Shown: positions 6,502-9,936 of the stretch, piece after piece
How positions within the stretch are numbered: position 1 is the first letter of the stretch
Layout: every line of letters begins with the position of its first letter
Source: an archaeon
GTDB taxonomy: Archaea; Iainarchaeota; Iainarchaeia; Iainarchaeales; CSSED10-239
Reading direction: 5' to 3'
NCBI GenBank assembly: GCA_035387745.1
Contig: DAOOON010000008.1
Location: forward strand, 1 to 9,936
Length of the DNA: 9,936 bases
Notes under the pieces: generated by a model
The model's input: only the letters and a program-made list of their open reading frames with translations
Told to the model about the DNA's origin: nothing
Database searches by the model: none
Position numbers and translations under genes: made by a program

Positions 6502-7767
6502 TTATTTCCTTTTTTTAAAGACATTTTGATATAATCCTCCAAAAGCTGGAATCAAAATCTTTTTGTTTGCCCATCTAAGGAATAATATGATTAAGGCAAG
6601 AATAATTATCCCAATTAAAATTCCAATAACTATACTTATTATCCCTGACATTACAGATTTTGTTTTAGGATTTTTTAGAATTTCAACAGTTATGCCTTTT
6701 TTTATTTCTTGTTCTTTAAGAGCTGAGTCTTTATAGTGTATTGTAATCTCGACAGGATAGCTCCCTGGCTTAATGTCTGCGTTTGTATTAAATTCTAAAG
6801 CCACAGAATCATAATTGTCTTTCTCAATAGAACCAACAAAGTATTTTGGAGTTTCAGTTGTTATTGTGCTAGTCATTTCTGCATAAACTGATTCTGCATC
6901 AATGTTACCAACATTATAGATTTCTAGATCAATCTTTTCTTTGTTTCCAATATAGATTTTGTTATTGTTGTTTGTTCCTATACTTACTATATTTAAAACA
7001 AGCTTAGGGTTATCATCAATTTTTACACCAATATCTCTTGTTATTGTTTCTTCTCCTGATTGCCCAGTAAATCTAAGAGTTAATGGCAAAGGATAGCTAT
7101 TTTGTGTAATTGTTTTTGCAACATTTAATTTATATTTTGCTTTAATTTCTTGTCCTGCACCAATATTTTCAAAATATTGTGTTTTAAGATTAAGAACAGA
7201 AATATAGTCTCCTGTAGAGTCTTCTAAAGTTACAAAAACATCTCTAACAGTCTTTGCTCCTAGATTTTTTATAGTTAATTCAAGTTCTCCGTCTGAGCCG
7301 ATAGACATTTCAGATAATTTTGTGTCTGTAATTTCAAGAACAGTAGAGCCTGAAGAAACATCTATTGAATAATTTTCTATGTTATATACTTGGCTTTGTC
7401 CAGGTTTATATTTAAATTCTATTTCATATATATTGTCTTGTGCTTTAATATCTGTTGTTAAATTATATTTGATAATTGTTGTTTGGTATGGTGCCAACAT
7501 GGCTATTGTTTTTTCTGTGTTATTAAAGTCTGCAACAGAAAACGGATATTCTAAGTCTAGTATATAGGTTACATTTTCTGCAAGAACGTTACTATTGTTT
7601 GTTAACTGTATCCATAGTTCAAATTCTTCTCCTGGAGAAACAGGAACTGGACTATAGTTGTATGTATCTGCAACCAAATTTATTGAATCGTAGTCTGTTG
7701 TTGCTGCATATATCCCATTAAGAAGTATAATGGAAAACAGCAGAGTCATTATATATTTTGTTTTCAT
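6502..7767 (-). CDS. Secreted type-I membrane protein with three tandem CARDB-like (COG1361 S-layer-domain-like) beta-sandwich repeats and a C-terminal TM anchor
   Basis: The Sec-type signal peptide is MKTKYIMTLLFSIILLNGIYA/AT. Three units of about 110 aa (aa ~28-137, ~141-251, ~254-364) each carry a G-[ED]-x-hydrophobic-x-L-x-I-x-N-x-G-like strand pattern (PGEEFELWIQLTNNS; SDGELELTIKNLGAKTVRDV; NKEKIDLEIYNVGNIDAESV). The TM helix is GIISIVIGILIGIIILALIILFL, followed by a 24-aa basic tail. SD GGTGAG at 7775-7780, 7 nt before the ATG. Confidence 0.8.
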   Translation of the reverse strand: MKTKYIMTLLFSIILLNGIYAATTDYDSINLVADTYNYSPVPVSPGEEFELWIQLTNNSNVLAENVTYILDLEYPFSVADFNNTEKTIAMLAPYQTTIIKYNLTTDIKAQDNIYEIEFKYKPGQSQVYNIENYSIDVSSGSTVLEITDTKLSEMSIGSDGELELTIKNLGAKTVRDVFVTLEDSTGDYISVLNLKTQYFENIGAGQEIKAKYKLNVAKTITQNSYPLPLTLRFTGQSGEETITRDIGVKIDDNPKLVLNIVSIGTNNNNKIYIGNKEKIDLEIYNVGNIDAESVYAEMTSTITTETPKYFVGSIEKDNYDSVALEFNTNADIKPGSYPVEITIHYKDSALKEQEIKKGITVEILKNPKTKSVMSGIISIVIGILIGIIILALIILFLRWANKKILIPAFGGLYQNVFKKRK

Positions 7768-7774
7768 TTTTTAT

Positions 7775-7780
7775 CTCACC
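7775..7780 (-). promoter_or_regulatory. Shine-Dalgarno motif (GGTGAG) for the CARDB-repeat gene
   Basis: Minus strand GGTGAG-ATAAAAA-ATG. It is the strongest SD in the ABC cluster, whereas the flanking genes rely on stop/start coupling. Confidence 0.6.
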
Positions 7781-7798
7781 ATTTTATTTTTTATAAGT

Positions 7799-7827
7799 AT
7801 TGCGCGCGAGCCGAGCGAAACCGGCTC
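7799..7827 (-). repeat. GC-rich hairpin element, copy B (intra-operon, beginning in the stop codon of permease 1)
   Basis: Minus strand: TA[G-AGCCG-GTTTCGCT-CGGCTC]-GCGCGCAAT. It forms a perfect 6-bp Watson-Crick stem (7822-7827 / 7808-7813) with an 8-nt loop. The first stem base is the G of the TAG stop at 7827-7829. It has the same core and tail as copy A. Confidence 0.65.
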
Positions 7828-9023
7828 TATTCTTCTCGAAGAGCATCAACTGGTTCTTGATTTGAAGCAAGATATGCTGGTATCATTCCAGAGATTACTC
7901 CAATCATAAAGGAAAAGCCAAGTGCTAATATGATTATGCTTGCAGTTATTGAAATACTTATTGTTATTCCTACTTGATAAGCAACTAATTTTACTAGTCC
8001 TGCTAAGCTAAATCCTAAAATAACACCAATGGTCCCTCCAAGTAAACCAATGATTCCGGATTCTAAAAGAAATATCATTAAGATGTCTCTTCTTTTTGCA
8101 CCAATCGCTTTTAAAACTCCAATTTCTTTTTTTCTTTCAAATACAGAAGTATACATTGAGTTAAGTATTCCAACTCCTCCAACTAAAAGCGAAATACAAG
8201 CAATACCAACAACAACAATTGTAACAATACCAAGAGTTTCTTCTCTGTTTTTTGCTTCTTGTATTGGGGAAGTCACAGTAACGTCTTTAGCATCTCTTGC
8301 TTTTTCTAGTTTTATTTCTATTCTGTTTGCTGCATTCTCTATGTCTTTTCCTGGTTTTACAATTGCAAAGATTGTGTCATAGGTTTCTGATTCTGTAATT
8401 TCTTGTAAATTCTCATTTGAAAGATACATTACGTTGTCTTTTCTAGAGTCTCCGGTTTTTTTAAGTATTCCAATGACTGTATAATCAGAGGTTGCAATTT
8501 TTATTTTTTTTCCAATATCTAGGGTTTTTCCAAAAAGGTCTTTTGCTTTTTCTGTATCTGTATAGTTGTAACCAATAATTACTGCTTTACTTTTTTCATC
8601 AGTAATGTATTCCCCTTTTTCAATTTCTAGATTATTTTGTTCTAACATTTCCTGTAAATATTCTGCAGCATAAGAAGTATATGAAATCATTATAGTTTCT
8701 TGAGCATATTTTGTTTCAATATATCCATTTAGAGAGCCACTACTAAATTCAATATCACTAATCTTATTTATAGTTTTTATATCTTCATCAGTTAGTCCTT
8801 TCCCACTGCTGCTTCCTGCAAAACCAGCATATTTAGAAGTTATTGTTATTTTGTTAGCTCCAAGACTATTAAATTCTTCATTTATTGTATTTTTAAGTCC
8901 TTCTGAAAGAGATATTAAAGAAACAATTGCAATTACTCCAACAACAATTCCAAGTATAGTTAGCCAATTTCGAAGTTTTCTTCGTCTGATATTTCTAATT
9001 ACGAAATTAAATATTCCAATCAT
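7827..9023 (-). CDS. MacB/FtsX-family ABC permease 1 (TM1, extracytoplasmic domain of about 225 aa, then 3 TM)
   Basis: The N-terminus reads VIRNIRRRKLRNWLTILGIVVGVIAIV (TM1), followed by a large soluble loop and an FtsX domain (ERKKEIGVLKAIGAKRRDILMIFLLESGI...). The ending is VDALREE. It is a clear but diverged paralog of permease 2. Its ATG lies 1 nt after the ATPase stop (TAA-A-ATG). Confidence 0.9.
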   Translation of the reverse strand: MIGIFNFVIRNIRRRKLRNWLTILGIVVGVIAIVSLISLSEGLKNTINEEFNSLGANKITITSKYAGFAGSSSGKGLTDEDIKTINKISDIEFSSGSLNGYIETKYAQETIMISYTSYAAEYLQEMLEQNNLEIEKGEYITDEKSKAVIIGYNYTDTEKAKDLFGKTLDIGKKIKIATSDYTVIGILKKTGDSRKDNVMYLSNENLQEITESETYDTIFAIVKPGKDIENAANRIEIKLEKARDAKDVTVTSPIQEAKNREETLGIVTIVVVGIACISLLVGGVGILNSMYTSVFERKKEIGVLKAIGAKRRDILMIFLLESGIIGLLGGTIGVILGFSLAGLVKLVAYQVGITISISITASIIILALGFSFMIGVISGMIPAYLASNQEPVDALREE

Positions 9024-9024
9024 T

Positions 9025-9732
9025 TTAATGCGTAATTTTATCTTCTATGATTTTTCCATCTTTTAGATGTATTTGTCTTCTTGCAAGATGTGCAACAGTT
9101 CTATCGTGTGTAATTAATATTATGGTTTTTCCTTTCTTGTTTAAATCTTTTAAAAGATCCATAATCTCTTCGCTTGCTTTAGAGTCTAGAGCTCCAGTTG
9201 GTTCATCTGCAAGTATAATTTCAGGATCATTAGCAAGTGCTCTAGCTATAGCTACTCTTTGTTGTTGTCCTCCAGAAAGTTCAGTTGGTCTGTGTGTGAT
9301 TCTTTCTCCTAAACCCACAAGTGTTAATAAAGCTTTACAATGTTTTTCTTGAATTTCTAAAGGTTTATTGTTTTCTTGAAAAAGCATTGGTAGCATTACA
9401 TTTTCTAAAGCAGTTAAAGTTGGAATAAGATTAAAATCCTGAAAAACAAAACCAATCTTTTGTCCTCTAATCTTTGCAAGATTGTCTTCCGAAAGATTAG
9501 AAACATCTGTTCCATCAAGAAATACTTGCCCTTTAGAAACTAAATCTAGTGCTCCGATAATATGCATCATTGTGGATTTACCAGAACCGCTTGGGCCCAT
9601 GATTGCTAAAAATTCTCCTGGTTTAATTTTTAGGTCAACACCATTTAATGCATTAACGCAAGCTTCAGAACCCATACAGTATATCTTATATACTCCTTTT
9701 AGTTCTACAACATTTTTCTCTTTTATAGCCAT
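9025..9732 (-). CDS. ABC transporter ATP-binding protein, MacB/LolD/FtsE-type (COG1136-like)
   Basis: Motifs present are Walker A GPSGSGKST, the Q-loop FVFQDFNL, the signature LSGGQQQRVAIARAL, Walker B ILADEPTGALD and the H-loop ILITHD. ATG at 9730-9732 is preceded by GGTTGA (reverse complement of 9740-9745). Confidence 0.95.
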   Translation of the reverse strand: MAIKEKNVVELKGVYKIYCMGSEACVNALNGVDLKIKPGEFLAIMGPSGSGKSTMMHIIGALDLVSKGQVFLDGTDVSNLSEDNLAKIRGQKIGFVFQDFNLIPTLTALENVMLPMLFQENNKPLEIQEKHCKALLTLVGLGERITHRPTELSGGQQQRVAIARALANDPEIILADEPTGALDSKASEEIMDLLKDLNKKGKTIILITHDRTVAHLARRQIHLKDGKIIEDKITH

Positions 9733-9918
9733 AGTTATTCAACCAATGTAAAAAATCGCAAGTATACTAGTAATATATATTATTGTACAGAAATATATAT
9801 AAATCCATAAAAACTTCCTAAAATATAGCTTTATATATATTTTTAATCCTAAATATATTAATCGACCACAGATATTAAAAAATAGAAATTTTGCAGTTTC
9901 TTTTCCAATAGGTTGATT

Positions 9919-9936
9919 ATTGGGTGCGAGCTGACC
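9919..9936 (-). repeat. Probable third, truncated copy (C) of the GC-rich element at the window edge
   Basis: Plus strand ATTGGGTGCGAGCTGACC versus copy B ATTGCGCGCGAGCCGAGC gives 14/18 identities by hand alignment. It is again an abrupt GC island after about 190 bp of very AT-rich DNA. The window ends before the hairpin core. Confidence 0.3.

Noticed and set aside
6502-7767. The C-terminus of the CARDB-repeat protein could be an archaeosortase (PGF-CTERM) or sortase-type sorting signal.
   Set aside because: There is no PGF, LPXTG or similar motif before the TM helix. The helix is followed by a 24-residue basic tail, longer than typical sorting signals. It is treated as a stable type-I membrane anchor.
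5126-7827. The direct GC-rich repeats next to a tRNA could be attL/attR of an integrated mobile element.
   Set aside because: No integrase, transposase or other mobility gene lies between them. The repeat does not include any part of the tRNA body. The enclosed genes are translationally coupled parts of the same ABC cluster. A structured-RNA or punctuation role explains the compensatory stem changes better.
87-9751. Eleven ORFs of 62-117 aa lie antisense to the large genes: 87-359, 1288-1491, 3810-4139, 5543-5839, 5933-6136, 6284-6529, 7379-7567, 8029-8382, 8851-9066, 9047-9352 and 9482-9751.
   Set aside because: Each lies wholly or mostly inside a longer ORF on the other strand that has clear family motifs. 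Their translations are low-complexity (Ile/Leu/Ser/Phe-rich), as expected for shadow frames of AT-rich coding DNA. None has an SD-like motif or a recognisable domain.
9733-9918. The long AT-rich region with many TATATA runs upstream of the ABC ATPase could be a repeat array, CRISPR leader or origin-like sequence.
   Set aside because: I could find no regularly spaced direct repeats, no repeat-spacer periodicity and no ORB-like or DnaA-box-like motifs. It is most simply the promoter and 5' region of the ABC operon, with several indistinguishable TATA-like candidates.

Overview
The window is AT-rich (about 30% GC by eye) and very gene-dense, with 9 CDS, one tRNA and intergenic gaps of 0-70 bp. 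Stop/start junctions are tight, Shine-Dalgarno motifs are GGTGA-like, TATA-like boxes are present, and the tRNA lacks an encoded CCA. This fits a reduced-genome archaeon (DPANN-like); a CPR-type bacterium cannot be excluded from sequence alone.

Gene content, left to right:
- the 3' end of a P-type cation ATPase (+)
- a minus-strand ZIP metal transporter > GT-C membrane glycosyltransferase > GT2 polyprenyl-phosphate sugar synthase operon
- a divergent plus-strand pair: an orphan 263-aa protein and a Gpt-like purine phosphoribosyltransferase
- a minus-strand cluster: ABC ATPase > FtsX/MacB permease 1 > [GC-rich hairpin element] > secreted, C-terminally anchored protein with three CARDB-like domains > FtsX/MacB permease 2 > tRNA-Thr(UGU) > [second copy of the same element]

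Two observations stand out:
1. The MacB-type ABC module has two paralogous permeases and an embedded Ig-like-repeat surface protein. I read this as a candidate uncharacterised extracytoplasmic mechanotransduction or surface-assembly system.
2. A roughly 29-nt GC-rich hairpin element occurs at least twice, with a probable truncated third copy at the window edge. Its stem substitutions are compensatory only in the minus-strand RNA.

No CRISPR array, transposase, integrase or rRNA is visible.
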